From NCBI GenBank assembly GCA_025055595.1, contig JANWWU010000066.1, positions 11,147 through 75,146 on the forward strand: a stretch of DNA of 64,000 bases, read 5' to 3'. This document shows, in pieces, positions 54,601-63,753 of the stretch. A program made the position numbers and the translations under genes. This DNA is from Planctomycetota bacterium. GTDB lineage: Bacteria; Planctomycetota; UBA11346. How positions within the stretch are numbered: the first letter of the stretch is position 1; each line of letters begins with the position of its first letter. The notes below the pieces were generated by a model. That model was not told the origin of the DNA. It made no database searches and saw nothing but the letters and a program-made list of their open reading frames with translations.

Positions 54601-56510
54601 CCCGCAGCGGCTGGCTGCAGCTGCTCGACCCGCAGAGCGGCCGCTGCGAGTGGGTGCGCTATGACGACCTCGCGGTGCGCGAGCCGCCGTGCCAGGTCAC
54701 TGGTCGCTTCTTCATCCATGAGCAGGGCTGGGACATGGCGCCCTTCGCGACGCCGCAGCCTGCGGCTCAGCCGCGCGGGGCCTGGCGCACGCCCTGGCGC
54801 CGCGACAGCCCCTGGCCGGCGGGAACCCGCGTGCTGCCGGTGCAGACCCTGCTGCCCGATGTCCGCGGCCTCGAGTCCGGCGATGTCTGCACCGTCGTCG
54901 CCGACCGCGCGCCGCTGCCCTGGCCGCCGCTGCAGCTGATCGTCCGCCATGCCGCCAGCGACGGCCTGCCGTGGACGAGCAGCGAGACCGGCTTCGAAGC
55001 GCCGGCCTCCTTCTTCGCGTTGACCGAGGCCGTCCCCGATGGCATCCCCGACGCGACGCTGCGCGATCAGAGCAACCGCCTCCTCCCGCAGCCGGCCGGC
55101 GCCGCCACCATCCTGGTCGGCCGCGGCTGGCGCGGCGCCGACCTCAGCCCGGTCCATCCCGTGCAGACGCGGCGCGGCCAGGGACCGCGCGCCAGCGCCT
55201 GGGGCGCGCAGGCGACGCTCGCGATCGGCGGCCCGGGCCTGCTCGTCGACGACATCGCCAGCGGCCCGCTGCTGTCCGGCCTGCTCGGCGACGCGGCAAG
55301 CGAGAACGGCTGCCGGGTCGTCGCGCTCTCCGGCGACCGCGATCAGCCGGTCGAGATCGCCGGCGAAGGCGCGCGCGGCTTCCCGCTGCGCGTGCAGAGC
55401 AACGCCGAGGTCTTCACCAGGCCCTACGGCATCATCGACATCGGCGGCGAGGTTTTCGCCTATCGCCGCTTCGATGCCCGGCACGCCGACCTGATCGGCC
55501 GCGCCCTGCTCGGCAGCGCGGCGCGCGCCCAGGGCCTGCCGAGCCTCGCCGAGCGCGGGCGCGGTGTCGCCTCGCCCGACAGCCCCTTCCACGGCCTGCC
55601 GCTCATCCCCCTGCCCTTCGGTCCGGTCGGCGAGCTGATGGGCGAGGGCCTGCTGCTGCCGGCGACGGCGAGCGCGACTGCGCTCGGGACCCGCGGGGCG
55701 CTCGGCGAGGACCTCGAGCTGTGCGACCGGCCCTACGACGAGCACCGCAGCGCGGCGCTGCCCGCCAACCCCGCGCAGCGCTCGCCCTACGAGCCGAGCC
55801 CGCTGCGCGCGCCGGTGCAGCTGCTCCACCACCCGCACGACGGCAGCGCCGAGGTCCTGCGCTTCCTCCGCCACCCCGACCTCGAGCAGGTGCTCACCGC
55901 GCCCTGGCTGCGCGGCCTCTACGGCACCGCGCCGCAGGCCTGGCAAGGGGCCTTCGGCCTGGCGCGCCGCCGTTCCTGGCGCGATCCGCTGCCCGACTGG
56001 CAGCCGCCGCCGCTCGGCAGCGGTCGGCTCAACCCGCTGGTCATCGGCTGGTGGCCGAGCCGGCCGGCGCCGCTCGCCGACCTCGGCCTCGCCGACCGCG
56101 ACCGCCACGCCCAGCTGCGCTGCCGGCTCTACGGCTGGTTCGCCTACGGGCTGCAGTGCTACGGCCTGCGCCCGCTTCAGGCCGAGGTCGAGGTGCTGAG
56201 CCTCGGCGGCGCCGAGGCGCTCGCGGCCCGCCTGCTGGTGCCCGGCGGCAGCGGCCTCGAGCTCTCGGACTGGGGCGCCATGCCCGAGGAGCTGCTGGCC
56301 GAGGGCAAGCACACCTTCGGCTTCGGACACGCGCGGCAGCGCGCCGGCGGCGCCGGCTGCGAGCTGCGCCTGCACTGGCTGCCGGCCAGCGCTCAGGGGA
56401 GCTGGGCCGAGCGCTGGTCCGCCAATCAGGGCCTGCGTCCCCGCCTCGGCGCGGTGGCGCTGCGCGCTCAGGCCGCGGTCCAGACCCTGGCTGTCGAAGC
56501 CGTCCGCTGA
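51675..56510 (+). CDS. giant (1611 aa) membrane-anchored protein with GspK-like (T2SS minor pseudopilin K) N-terminal features followed by ~1250 aa of uncharacterised sequence
   Basis: ATG at 51675 inside track ORF 50703..56510, overlapping the upstream stop. N-terminal hydrophobic anchor AALVLALAILASLLFLALPFVF. Then IEDEYGKLDVNSL, resembling the GspK DExxKxNxN motif, and helical hairpin-like segments. The rest is non-degenerate but unassigned. Confidence 0.65.
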   Translation: MRRGAALVLALAILASLLFLALPFVFSQTASVGGARSAAWDHEARRILAASEHEAVAASISALAALAAGEATNSLPHDLAERAGYSVVVEHPGRAVLSNLPASGSTQRGLAIEDEYGKLDVNSLGPEAWGRLLADLDIPDPTTWRWVWSGGQPNAQPALLQHGSWQPLPYGRLAIALARHRLRLPSGRYHDLAELLAADPRRAQPAQAPFGAVEYGSGARDQESFEPLISRLIPDWEQQLFGAGGLLDRQGPYRAHPLTRVEWERLLPHLTVHALGQGRAGCADLGTVIALSQVPNHNDHSMISDLVAAPAALNRLVPAFAWLVGARRDGRLYRGRRHLDGLTVESVASPLADPGLPLAVELPAWVNANTMTEPVAAALNAQLPKQPLAALAALPPDSWWPFALANTGQPSTWRPPLAVLSLGAIRIEAATTVMAAGQITAQRQRRSVWQALPASVERRWRSQAELEALCRLGLPSGSVSGPQPLLRRSVPGELLAGDGWLEPAPLASFADNPALSLPQRANLPADEGLVPAGYQRAFSAPLASLCLLRSGSDEFAPQQLSLRFALDGEASAAAVLFAARTGDGSAPRGRWRLRWEGAGAEAERWQGQLVLEVAGLALPWERDHPWTMAADDPRTADIDERCLPGPLSLAPRRPGPPHEEFRYRAELARGTIHHLQLWYAGPQPGQYGLAVDGIVGRDAISGRDFARFGDHYPFPALRLAEDIPASDPLREGGAALSRPERIRLLAPPGLRLAELLPARGLIRIDDEYFSYEGIDGDALRGVRRGRRQNCNPTAVIRTLVRPGPPAEYRDDPDHAKRWPATQAHRAGALVLPGDWLTRIEAGVDADRRWLRGATTLADPLQAEAVTEEIDIRSWPVVNGQRLYPSEIPVRGPWPERGILRFEVNVSENKAAFVREGERLRLDWRPPIASGTPEGAAPLMPPAFTSRASVTIRLISLRVADDADLTHTPTTERLRFARSGWLQLLDPQSGRCEWVRYDDLAVREPPCQVTGRFFIHEQGWDMAPFATPQPAAQPRGAWRTPWRRDSPWPAGTRVLPVQTLLPDVRGLESGDVCTVVADRAPLPWPPLQLIVRHAASDGLPWTSSETGFEAPASFFALTEAVPDGIPDATLRDQSNRLLPQPAGAATILVGRGWRGADLSPVHPVQTRRGQGPRASAWGAQATLAIGGPGLLVDDIASGPLLSGLLGDAASENGCRVVALSGDRDQPVEIAGEGARGFPLRVQSNAEVFTRPYGIIDIGGEVFAYRRFDARHADLIGRALLGSAARAQGLPSLAERGRGVASPDSPFHGLPLIPLPFGPVGELMGEGLLLPATASATALGTRGALGEDLELCDRPYDEHRSAALPANPAQRSPYEPSPLRAPVQLLHHPHDGSAEVLRFLRHPDLEQVLTAPWLRGLYGTAPQAWQGAFGLARRRSWRDPLPDWQPPPLGSGRLNPLVIGWWPSRPAPLADLGLADRDRHAQLRCRLYGWFAYGLQCYGLRPLQAEVEVLSLGGAEALAARLLVPGGSGLELSDWGAMPEELLAEGKHTFGFGHARQRAGGAGCELRLHWLPASAQGSWAERWSANQGLRPRLGAVALRAQAAVQTLAVEAVR

Positions 56511-56549
56511 ACGGCTCGGCATCAAGCGGGAGACCGCGCCTCCGATGCT

Positions 56550-56948
56550 ATGTCTGCGATGGACTCCTGGCTGCGCATCGGGGAAACGACCGCCTACCAG
56601 GGCGGAACGCCGCGCCAGCACAACGGCGGCACCGGTCGCTTCGCGCAGAAGCAGCGCGACGAGGGGCAGCGGCGTCAGCGCGAGTACGAGCCCGAGCCGG
56701 CGAGCGACCAGGCGCCGCCCGATCCCCTGTTGGCGGAGATCGACCGCCTGCGCGCGCTCGAGCCGACGCGCGGCGACAGCGGGGCGCGCCGCGCCCTGCG
56801 CGCCCGCCTCGCCTATGCGCGCCACCAGGATCTCCCGCTGTCGCCGCCGATCACCAGCGATGCGGCCAGCAGCGAGACGACGACCGCGGTCTGGAAGCAG
56901 CCAGCGCCGCCCGCAGCGCCCCCTGGCGTGCCGCCCGCCAGCCCCTAG
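56550..56948 (+). CDS. small hypothetical protein (132 aa)
   Basis: Track ORF. High GC3 and mixed composition. Sits in the 450-bp gap between the giant gene and fabD. No family. Confidence 0.35.
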   Translation: MSAMDSWLRIGETTAYQGGTPRQHNGGTGRFAQKQRDEGQRRQREYEPEPASDQAPPDPLLAEIDRLRALEPTRGDSGARRALRARLAYARHQDLPLSPPITSDAASSETTTAVWKQPAPPAAPPGVPPASP

Positions 56949-56966
56949 GCTGACAGTGGAGCGAGC

Positions 56967-57902
56967 ATGTCGCGAGCCCTCGTCTTCCCCGGCCAGGGCG
57001 CCCAGTATGTCGGCATGGGCGTCGAGCTGGCGCAGCGCTTCCCCGCCGCCCGCGCCCTGCTCAGCGAGGCCGACCGCGTGCTCGGCTTCGCGCTCTCCGA
57101 CATCATGGCTAACGGCCCGGAGAGCGACCTGACGCGCACCGATGTCAGCCAGCCGGCGATCTTCGTCGCCAGCGCGATGAGCCTGGCGGTGGCCGAGGAG
57201 GCGCTGCAGCCGCTGACCCGCGCCGCCTGCGCCGGCCTCAGCCTCGGCGAGTACACGGCGCTCTACGCCGCCGGCGCGATCGGCTTCGCCGAGGCCCTGC
57301 GCCTCGTCCGCCTGCGCGGGCAGGCGATGCAGGCGGCGGCCGAAGCGACGCCGGGCGGGATGGTCGCGCTGATCGGGGCCGACGAGGCGCAGGCGCGGGC
57401 GCTGTGCGCCGAAGCTGCTGCCGGCGAGGTGCTGACCGTCGCCAACCTCAACAGCCCGGGGCAGGTCGTGATCTCGGGCGCGCGCGGGGCCTGCGTCCGC
57501 GCCCTCGAGCTCGCCAAGAAGCACGGGATCCGCCGCGCGACCAGCCTGGCCGTCGCCGGCGCCTTCCACAGCCCGCTGATGCAGCCGGCGGCCGAGCGTC
57601 TGGCCGAGGCCGTCGCCGCCCTGTCCTGGCGCGACCCGCAGCGCCCGGTGTACAGCAATGTCACCGCCGCCCCGCTGACGCGCGCCAGCGAGATCCCCGA
57701 GCTGCTGGTCCGCCAGCTGACCTCCCCCGTCCGCTGGGCCGACAGCGTGCGCGCGCTGCACGCCGCCGGGATCAGCGAGTTCCTCGAGCTCGGCCCGGGC
57801 AAGACGCTCTGCGGGATGATCGCGCGCACCGTCGAGGGCGTGCAGTGCCGCAACCTCGACACCGCCGAGGATGTCCGCGCGCTGGTCGCCGCCGGCGCCT
57901 GA
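56967..57902 (+). CDS. fabD: malonyl-CoA:ACP transacylase
   Basis: Track ORF. Motifs …FPGQGAQYVGMG…GLSLGEYTAL… (active Ser)…. Confidence 0.95.
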   Translation: MSRALVFPGQGAQYVGMGVELAQRFPAARALLSEADRVLGFALSDIMANGPESDLTRTDVSQPAIFVASAMSLAVAEEALQPLTRAACAGLSLGEYTALYAAGAIGFAEALRLVRLRGQAMQAAAEATPGGMVALIGADEAQARALCAEAAAGEVLTVANLNSPGQVVISGARGACVRALELAKKHGIRRATSLAVAGAFHSPLMQPAAERLAEAVAALSWRDPQRPVYSNVTAAPLTRASEIPELLVRQLTSPVRWADSVRALHAAGISEFLELGPGKTLCGMIARTVEGVQCRNLDTAEDVRALVAAGA

Positions 57903-59252
57903 TCAGCTGGCGAGGATCTCGGCGATCAATCCTGCGACATCGCGCTGATGCCAGGACGCGCGCTGCCAGCGGCGCGCGCTGGCGATCAGCAGCGGGCCGG
58001 CTTCTGGACTGGCTGCCGGCCGGCCATGGCTGCCGCGCACCAGCGCGCTGTCGAGCGGGCAGACATCCATCACATAGCGCAGGCCGAGGGCCTTGCGCAG
58101 CAGCGCCCGCGCCAGGCGCCAGCGACCGCCCCGCGGATCGAGGAACAGCTCGCGCGGGTCGTAGCCCGGCTTCTTGTGGATCTCGACGCAGCGCGCGAAG
58201 TCGGGGCGCGCGCCGTCGTCGAGCCAGTAGTCGTAGGCGAACCACCAGCCGGGGGCGGCGAGCGCGATCAGCTCCCCGCTGCGCGGATGATCGAGCCCGA
58301 GTTCGCTGCGTTCGGCGCCGCCGTAGACGCGCTCGATGCCGGGCAGGCGCTCGAGGACGGCGCGCGCCGCCGCCTCGGCCGCGGGATCGGCGCAGTAGAC
58401 ATGGGCGATCTGGTGATCGCAGACCGCGAAGGCGCGGCTCGCCCCGGTGTCGAGCAGCTCGCCGGCAGCATTGCGCACCGCCTGCAGCAGGCCGGCCTGG
58501 CGCAGGGCGCGGTTGGGGAAGGCGGCCTGCGACACGGGCTCGATGCCGTACTCGCTGACGACGAGCACCGCGTAGCCGCGCTCGGCGAGCCACGCCAGCA
58601 GCGGTCCGACGACCGCATCGAGCTCGCGCAGGGCACGCGCCAGATGCGGGCCGGAGGGGCCGAAGCGCTGCAGGTCGTAGTCGAGGTGCGGCAGGTAGCA
58701 CAGCGCCAGCTCGGGGTCCGTGCGCTCGATCGCGGTGCGGAAGCTCTCGGCGATCCAGCGGGTGGCGGCGATGTCGGCGCCCGGGCCCCAGAAGCGGAAC
58801 AGCGGGAACTCGCCGTGCCGCTCGCGGATCGCCTGCTTCAGCTCGTAGGGCCAGGCGTAGAAGTCCGGGGCCTTGCGGCCGTCGTGGTGGTAGACCGGGC
58901 GCGGGGTGACGGTCGCCGCCGCCCTCGTCTGCATCGCGTACCACCAGAAGTGTTTCAGCGTGCGCGGCCCGCCCGGCCGCTGCCAGGGCAGCGGGGCCTC
59001 GATCAGGCGCTCCGACTGCCGCCACAGCCAGACCTCGCCGAGCTCGCGGAAGAACCAGCCGTTGGCGACGATGCCGTGGCGCGAGGGCAGCTCGCCGGTC
59101 AGCATCGTCGCCTGAGCGGTCGTCGTCACCGCCGGCAGGGCGCTGGCCAGCGGCGCGGCGAAGCCGCGCTGCGCCAGCTCGCGCAGCGCCGGGGTGTCGG
59201 CGCCGAGGTGCGCGGGCGTCAGACCGACGCAGCACAGCACCGCGAGCTTCAT
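57903..59252 (-). CDS. type-I phosphodiesterase/nucleotide pyrophosphatase (alkaline-phosphatase superfamily) protein
   Basis: M 449 codons before the end of track ORF 57903..61028 (MKLAVLCCVGL…TTTAQATMLTGELPSRHGIVANGWF… fits the PF01663-type motif). 'cat' at 59250-59252. The start overlaps the purM stop (ATGA). The stop abuts the fabD stop. Confidence 0.8.
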   Translation of the reverse strand: MKLAVLCCVGLTPAHLGADTPALRELAQRGFAAPLASALPAVTTTAQATMLTGELPSRHGIVANGWFFRELGEVWLWRQSERLIEAPLPWQRPGGPRTLKHFWWYAMQTRAAATVTPRPVYHHDGRKAPDFYAWPYELKQAIRERHGEFPLFRFWGPGADIAATRWIAESFRTAIERTDPELALCYLPHLDYDLQRFGPSGPHLARALRELDAVVGPLLAWLAERGYAVLVVSEYGIEPVSQAAFPNRALRQAGLLQAVRNAAGELLDTGASRAFAVCDHQIAHVYCADPAAEAAARAVLERLPGIERVYGGAERSELGLDHPRSGELIALAAPGWWFAYDYWLDDGARPDFARCVEIHKKPGYDPRELFLDPRGGRWRLARALLRKALGLRYVMDVCPLDSALVRGSHGRPAASPEAGPLLIASARRWQRASWHQRDVAGLIAEILAS

Positions 59253-60442
59253 CGCAGGCTGATCGGCCCGTCCGGGGTGTGGATGATCACCTCGCGCTGC
59301 GGCGGCCCCCCGCCCTCGACGCGGCCGACGACGCGCGCCTCGATGCCGCAGCGCGCGGCGACGCGCAGGCAGGTCTCGACCTGCGCCGGCTCGACCGCGG
59401 CCTCGAGGCGCCAGCCCATGTTGAAGGTGCGGTACATCTCGTCCCAGGGAGCGCAGCTCAGAGCGCGGATCGCGGCGAACACCGGCGGCACCGGGAAGGG
59501 CGCATCCTTGATGTAGCGGTTGCCCGGCCGCCCGAAGCGGCGGATCTTGTCCTGGCCGCCGCCGGTGCAGTGGATCAGGCCGTGCACGGCCCCGCGCGGC
59601 AGCTCGGCGAGCAGCGCCGCGATCAGCGGCGTGTAGAGGCGCGTCGGCGAGGTCAGGGCGCTGGCGATCGTGAAGCGCGGGTCGCCGGGCAGGGGATCGG
59701 CGAGGCGGTGCGTGCCGGCGTAGATCAGGAGCGGATCGGTCTCCGGCGCGAAGGTCTCGCCGTAGTAGCGATACACCTCCGCCAGCAGGTCGTGCCGCGC
59801 CGAGGTCAGGCCGTTGGCGCCGATGCCGCTGTGCGGCCGGTCCTCCCAGGCCGCCTGCCCCGTGCTGCTGAAGCCGACCAGTACATCGCCCGGCGCGATG
59901 CGGCTGGCATCGATCACCTCCTCGCGGCGCAGCCGGGCGATCACCGTCGCATCGACGACCAGCGTCCGCACGAGGTCGCCGAGGTCGGCGGTCTCGCCGC
60001 CGGCCAGCGCGCAGGCGATGCCCCAGGCGCGCAGGCGCTCGCAGCAGTCCTGATAGCCGGCGATGATCTCGGCGATCACCGTGCCGGGGATGCGGTGAGC
60101 ATTGCGCGCGATGCTGTTGGTGACGAGGAAGGGCCCGAGGGCGCCGACGCAGGCGCAGTCGTCGAGGTTCATCGCCAGCGCATCCTGGGCCAGCCCGCGC
60201 CACAGCGCCGCCGGCGCGCCCTCGCGCCAGGCGAGATAGTAGGCCGCGCTCTTCGAGCCGGCGCCGTCGCTGTGCATGACCAGGCAGTGGGCCTCGCTGC
60301 CGCCGAGCAGGTCGGGCAGGATGCGGCAGAAGGCGCCGGGGAACAGGCCGGCCTCCAGGGCCTGGGTCGCCGCGTGCACCTCCTGCTTGCTCGCCGACAC
60401 GCCGCGCGCGGCGTAGCGGTCGGCTGGCTGTGACTCGGGCAT
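59249..60442 (-). CDS. purM: phosphoribosylformylglycinamidine cyclo-ligase (AIR synthetase)
   Basis: M at residue 54 of track ORF 59249..60601 (MPESQPADRYAARGVSASKQEV…). PurM core …DGAGSK…, …GLIHCTGGG… 'cat' at 60440-60442. Confidence 0.95.
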   Translation of the reverse strand: MPESQPADRYAARGVSASKQEVHAATQALEAGLFPGAFCRILPDLLGGSEAHCLVMHSDGAGSKSAAYYLAWREGAPAALWRGLAQDALAMNLDDCACVGALGPFLVTNSIARNAHRIPGTVIAEIIAGYQDCCERLRAWGIACALAGGETADLGDLVRTLVVDATVIARLRREEVIDASRIAPGDVLVGFSSTGQAAWEDRPHSGIGANGLTSARHDLLAEVYRYYGETFAPETDPLLIYAGTHRLADPLPGDPRFTIASALTSPTRLYTPLIAALLAELPRGAVHGLIHCTGGGQDKIRRFGRPGNRYIKDAPFPVPPVFAAIRALSCAPWDEMYRTFNMGWRLEAAVEPAQVETCLRVAARCGIEARVVGRVEGGGPPQREVIIHTPDGPISLR

Positions 60443-60527
60443 GGAGCGATGCTGCAGCCGCGTCGGATCCTGCAACCCGGGCCGTGTGCCGCGATTGTAC
60501 GCAGCCGCCGCGCCGCATCCTGCGCTC

Positions 60528-61244
60528 ATGCGCGCCTTCCTGCGCTGGCTGGCCTTCCTGATCAGTCTCGCGCTCGGCGCTTTGCTCGCCGTCTTCAGCA
60601 TCTGGCCCGAGACCGTCGAGCCGGTGATGCGTTGGCTGCGCGATCAGCCGGAGGGCCGCTGGACCGGCGCCGCGATGGCGATCGTCCTGCTGACCAGCCC
60701 GCTGGTCTGGCTGCTGCGCTGGGTGCAGGCGCAGCGGCGCAGCCGCGAGATCAGCTACACGACCGACAACGGCCGGATCTCGGTCAATCTGCTGGCGATC
60801 GAGGAGGCGCTGACGCGCGCGATCGAGGGCGAGCCCGAGATCCGCAAGGCCCGGGTCTCGGTCTACGAGGACCGCGTCAAGCGCAGCATCGTCATCGACG
60901 CCGTCGTCACGCTGTGGGAGGTGCCGAACGTCACCGAACGCAATCTGTTCTGCCAGCGCCTGCTGCGCCGCCGCTTCGCCGAGCTGATGCCCGAGCGCAG
61001 CGATGTCCAGGTCAACCTCTCGGTGCATCGGCTGACCGTGCGGCCGCCGGGGCAGGCACAGCCCGCCCGCCCGCCGGCGAGCGAGCCGCCGCCCGCGGCG
61101 CCGGCGGCGCCGCGCGCCCGCGAGCCGGAGCGCCTGCCGGCGATGACGAGCGACGACGAGCTCTATGTCGGTCCGGCGATCCCCCTCGGCGACGACGAGG
61201 ACGACGAGCAGTCGGGCAGCGTGCGCGCGCGCGCCCTCGGCTAG
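60528..61244 (+). CDS. Asp23/Gls24-like (alkaline-shock protein family) membrane-anchored protein, tentative
   Basis: M at residue 30 of track ORF 60441..61244 (MRAFLRWLAFLISLALGALLAVF…). The central segment …ISVNLLAIEEALTRAIEGEPEI…VIDAVVTL… resembles Asp23-family cores. The C-terminus is acidic and low-complexity. Confidence 0.5.
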   Translation: MRAFLRWLAFLISLALGALLAVFSIWPETVEPVMRWLRDQPEGRWTGAAMAIVLLTSPLVWLLRWVQAQRRSREISYTTDNGRISVNLLAIEEALTRAIEGEPEIRKARVSVYEDRVKRSIVIDAVVTLWEVPNVTERNLFCQRLLRRRFAELMPERSDVQVNLSVHRLTVRPPGQAQPARPPASEPPPAAPAAPRAREPERLPAMTSDDELYVGPAIPLGDDEDDEQSGSVRARALG

Positions 61245-61777
61245 GTCGTCGCCAGGCCGCGCGCCATGATGATCTTGCCCGAGCGGACGAGCTCGACGAT
61301 GTGATAGGCCTTGAGCAGGGCGAGGAAGGCGTCGAGCTTCTCGCTCTCGCCCTCGATGCGCAGGATCAGCGACTCGGCGCCGTAGTCGACGACCTTGGCC
61401 TTGTAGTGCTCGGCGATCTGCAGGATCGCCGTGCGGTCGGCGAGCGGCACCTTGACCTTGACCAGCGCGAGCTCGCTCTCGATCACCGGCTGGCCGCTGT
61501 GGTCGATCGCATGGACGACATCGATCAGCTTCTCGAGCTGCTTGACGATCTGCTCGAGGACCTCGGGGTCGCCGGAGCAGGTGATCGTCATCCGCGAGAA
61601 CTCGCCGGGCGCGCAGCGGTAGCCCTCGATCTCGGCGTCGAAGGCCGGCGAGACGACGAGCGACTCGATGTTGTAGCCGCGGCGGCTGAAGACGAGCGCG
61701 ACGCGGACGAGCACGCCGGGCTTGTTGCGGACGAGCAGCGAGATGGTGTGGAGCGGAGGGGCGGCAGCGGTCGTCAT
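61241..61777 (-). CDS. ilvN: acetolactate synthase small (regulatory) subunit
   Basis: Track ORF. ACT-domain start …HTISLLVRNKPGVLVRVALVFSRRGYNIESL…. Confidence 0.9.
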   Translation of the reverse strand: MTTAAAPPLHTISLLVRNKPGVLVRVALVFSRRGYNIESLVVSPAFDAEIEGYRCAPGEFSRMTITCSGDPEVLEQIVKQLEKLIDVVHAIDHSGQPVIESELALVKVKVPLADRTAILQIAEHYKAKVVDYGAESLILRIEGESEKLDAFLALLKAYHIVELVRSGKIIMARGLATT

Positions 61778-61791
61778 GGCGGTCCTCGTAT

Positions 61792-63564
61792 TCAGGTCGA
61801 GCCGGCGGGCTTCTCCATCCTGACCTTCGGGCGCTCGATCAGCATCTGGTCGTAGCTCGCGCCGGCCGGGATCATCGGGAACACGTTGTCTTCCTTCACC
61901 ACCTCGGCATCGATGACGCAGGGCCCCTCATTGTACTCCATCGCCTTCTTGAGCACCTTGTCGACATCGGCGGCGCGCTTGATGCGGAAGGCCTTGACGC
62001 CGTAGGCCTCGGCGAGCTTGCAGAAATCGGGGTTGCCGGGCAGGTCGGCGCCGGAGAGGCGGTTGTCGAAGAACAGCTCCTGCCACTGGCGGATCATCCC
62101 GAGGTAGTGGTTGTTGATGATCAGGACCTTGACCGGCACCTTCTCGACCGCCGCGGTCGCCAGCTCGCACAGCGTCATCTGGAAGCCGCCGTCGCCGACC
62201 ACCGCCCACACCGGAATCTTCCCCAGCGCCAGGCTGGCGCCGATCGCCGCCGGGAAGCCGAAGCCCATCGTGCCGGCGCCGCCCGAGCTGATCCAGTGCC
62301 GGTTCTTCACCGTCAGCATGAACTGCGCCGCCCACATCTGGTGCTGGCCGACATCGGTGGTGACGATGCAGTCGCGGGCGCCGAGCTTGTCGAGGCGGTC
62401 GAGCACATACTGCGCGCGCAGCCCGCCCTTCTTCGGGTACTTGAGCGGATAGGCCTTGCGCCAGCCCTGGATGTCCTTCCACCACTGCTCGGTGTCGCAC
62501 TTGCCGACGCGCGGGATCAGGTCCTCGACGACCAGGCGGGCGTCGCCGGGCAGCGCGACATGCGGCTTGACGACCTTGCCGAACTCGGCGTAGTCGATGT
62601 CGATGTGGATCTTGATCGCCTCGGGGCAGAAGGCCGAGAGCTTGCCGGTGATGCGGTCGTCCCAGCGCGCGCCGATCGCCATGATCAGGTCGCAGGTCTT
62701 GACCGCGAGGTTGGCGTAGGCCGTGCCGTGCATCCCGAGCATGCCGAGGTGATAGGGCCGGTCCTCGGGCACCGCGCCCTTGCCGAGCAGGGTGTTGACG
62801 ACCGCGGCCCCGGTCTTCTCGGCGAGCTTGGCGATCGCCGGCCCGGCCCCGCTCCACACCGCCCCGTGCCCGACCAGCAGCAGCGGCCGCTTGGCCTTGG
62901 CGAAGTAGGCCGCGGCGCGGTCGAGCGCCGCGGGATCGGCGCGCGTCGGCACCCGATAGCCGGGCAGGAACACCTCGTCGACCATCGGCGCCGTGCACGG
63001 GGCCTGGGTGACATCCTTGGGCAGGTCGAGCAGCACCGGGCCCGGCCGGCCGGTCGTCGCGAGGTGGAAGGCTTCCTTCATCACCCGCGGGATGTCGTTG
63101 GTCTTCTTGACCAAGTAGCTGTGCTTGACCACCGGGTAGGTGATGCCGGTGACATCGGCTTCTTGGAAGGCGTCCTTGCCGAGCATCGCGGTGATCGTCT
63201 GCCCGCACAGGACGATGATCGGCGAGGAGTCCATCAGCGCGGTCAGGCAGCCGGTGACGGTGTTGGTCGCGCCGGGACCGGAGGTGACGAGGACGACGCC
63301 GGGACGGCCGCTCGCACGGGCGTAGCCGTCGGCCATGTGGGTGGCGCCCTGCTCGTGCCGCACCTGGATCAGGCGGATTTTCGAGTCATAGAGGGCGTCG
63401 AAGATCGGCATCGCGGCGCCGCCGCTGTAGGCGAAGACGCATTCGACGCCCTCGCGCTCCAGGCACTTCACGATCATCTCGCCGCCGGTCGGGATCTTCT
63501 TCGGCGCCGCTGGCGGAGCAGCGCTTTCAGCGGCTGAAGCGGGGTTTTGGGCTGGCTGCAGCAT
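61792..63564 (-). CDS. ilvB: acetolactate synthase large subunit (ThDP-dependent)
   Basis: Track ORF, 590 aa. ThDP motif …GDGGFQM…[12 protein letters not shown]… The start may instead be the internal M30, at 63477. Confidence 0.95.
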   Translation of the reverse strand: MLQPAQNPASAAESAAPPAAPKKIPTGGEMIVKCLEREGVECVFAYSGGAAMPIFDALYDSKIRLIQVRHEQGATHMADGYARASGRPGVVLVTSGPGATNTVTGCLTALMDSSPIIVLCGQTITAMLGKDAFQEADVTGITYPVVKHSYLVKKTNDIPRVMKEAFHLATTGRPGPVLLDLPKDVTQAPCTAPMVDEVFLPGYRVPTRADPAALDRAAAYFAKAKRPLLLVGHGAVWSGAGPAIAKLAEKTGAAVVNTLLGKGAVPEDRPYHLGMLGMHGTAYANLAVKTCDLIMAIGARWDDRITGKLSAFCPEAIKIHIDIDYAEFGKVVKPHVALPGDARLVVEDLIPRVGKCDTEQWWKDIQGWRKAYPLKYPKKGGLRAQYVLDRLDKLGARDCIVTTDVGQHQMWAAQFMLTVKNRHWISSGGAGTMGFGFPAAIGASLALGKIPVWAVVGDGGFQMTLCELATAAVEKVPVKVLIINNHYLGMIRQWQELFFDNRLSGADLPGNPDFCKLAEAYGVKAFRIKRAADVDKVLKKAMEYNEGPCVIDAEVVKEDNVFPMIPAGASYDQMLIERPKVRMEKPAGST

Positions 63565-63753
63565 GGCCGTCTGTCCTTGGGAAGGGAATCTTGCGGGTTG
63601 AACAGCGAAGTCAACTGTCTGCTTCCGGACAGTCGTGAGATCATGCGCTCAGAAGCGGAAACATCGACGAGATCCCTGCACGAGAGCAACGCAATCGACG
63701 CATGACGAGGTCGAATCGGCTGGATCCTCGGCCGGCAGGCGCAGAATCCTGCC
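63565..63753. promoter_or_regulatory. divergent promoter/5'-leader region between ilvB (-) and bioA (+); locally lower GC with short inverted repeats
   Basis: A 190-bp gap is the only noticeably AT-richer stretch in the window (gggaagggaatcttgcgggttgaacagcgaagtcaactg…). It contains gtctgtcc…ggacagtc partial palindromes. Confidence 0.3.

Noticed and set aside
51222-57761. 2179-aa minus-strand ORF antisense to the giant pseudopilin-associated gene and fabD
   Set aside because: It is a degenerate antisense frame. The plus-strand genes carry clear prepilin and FabD motifs.
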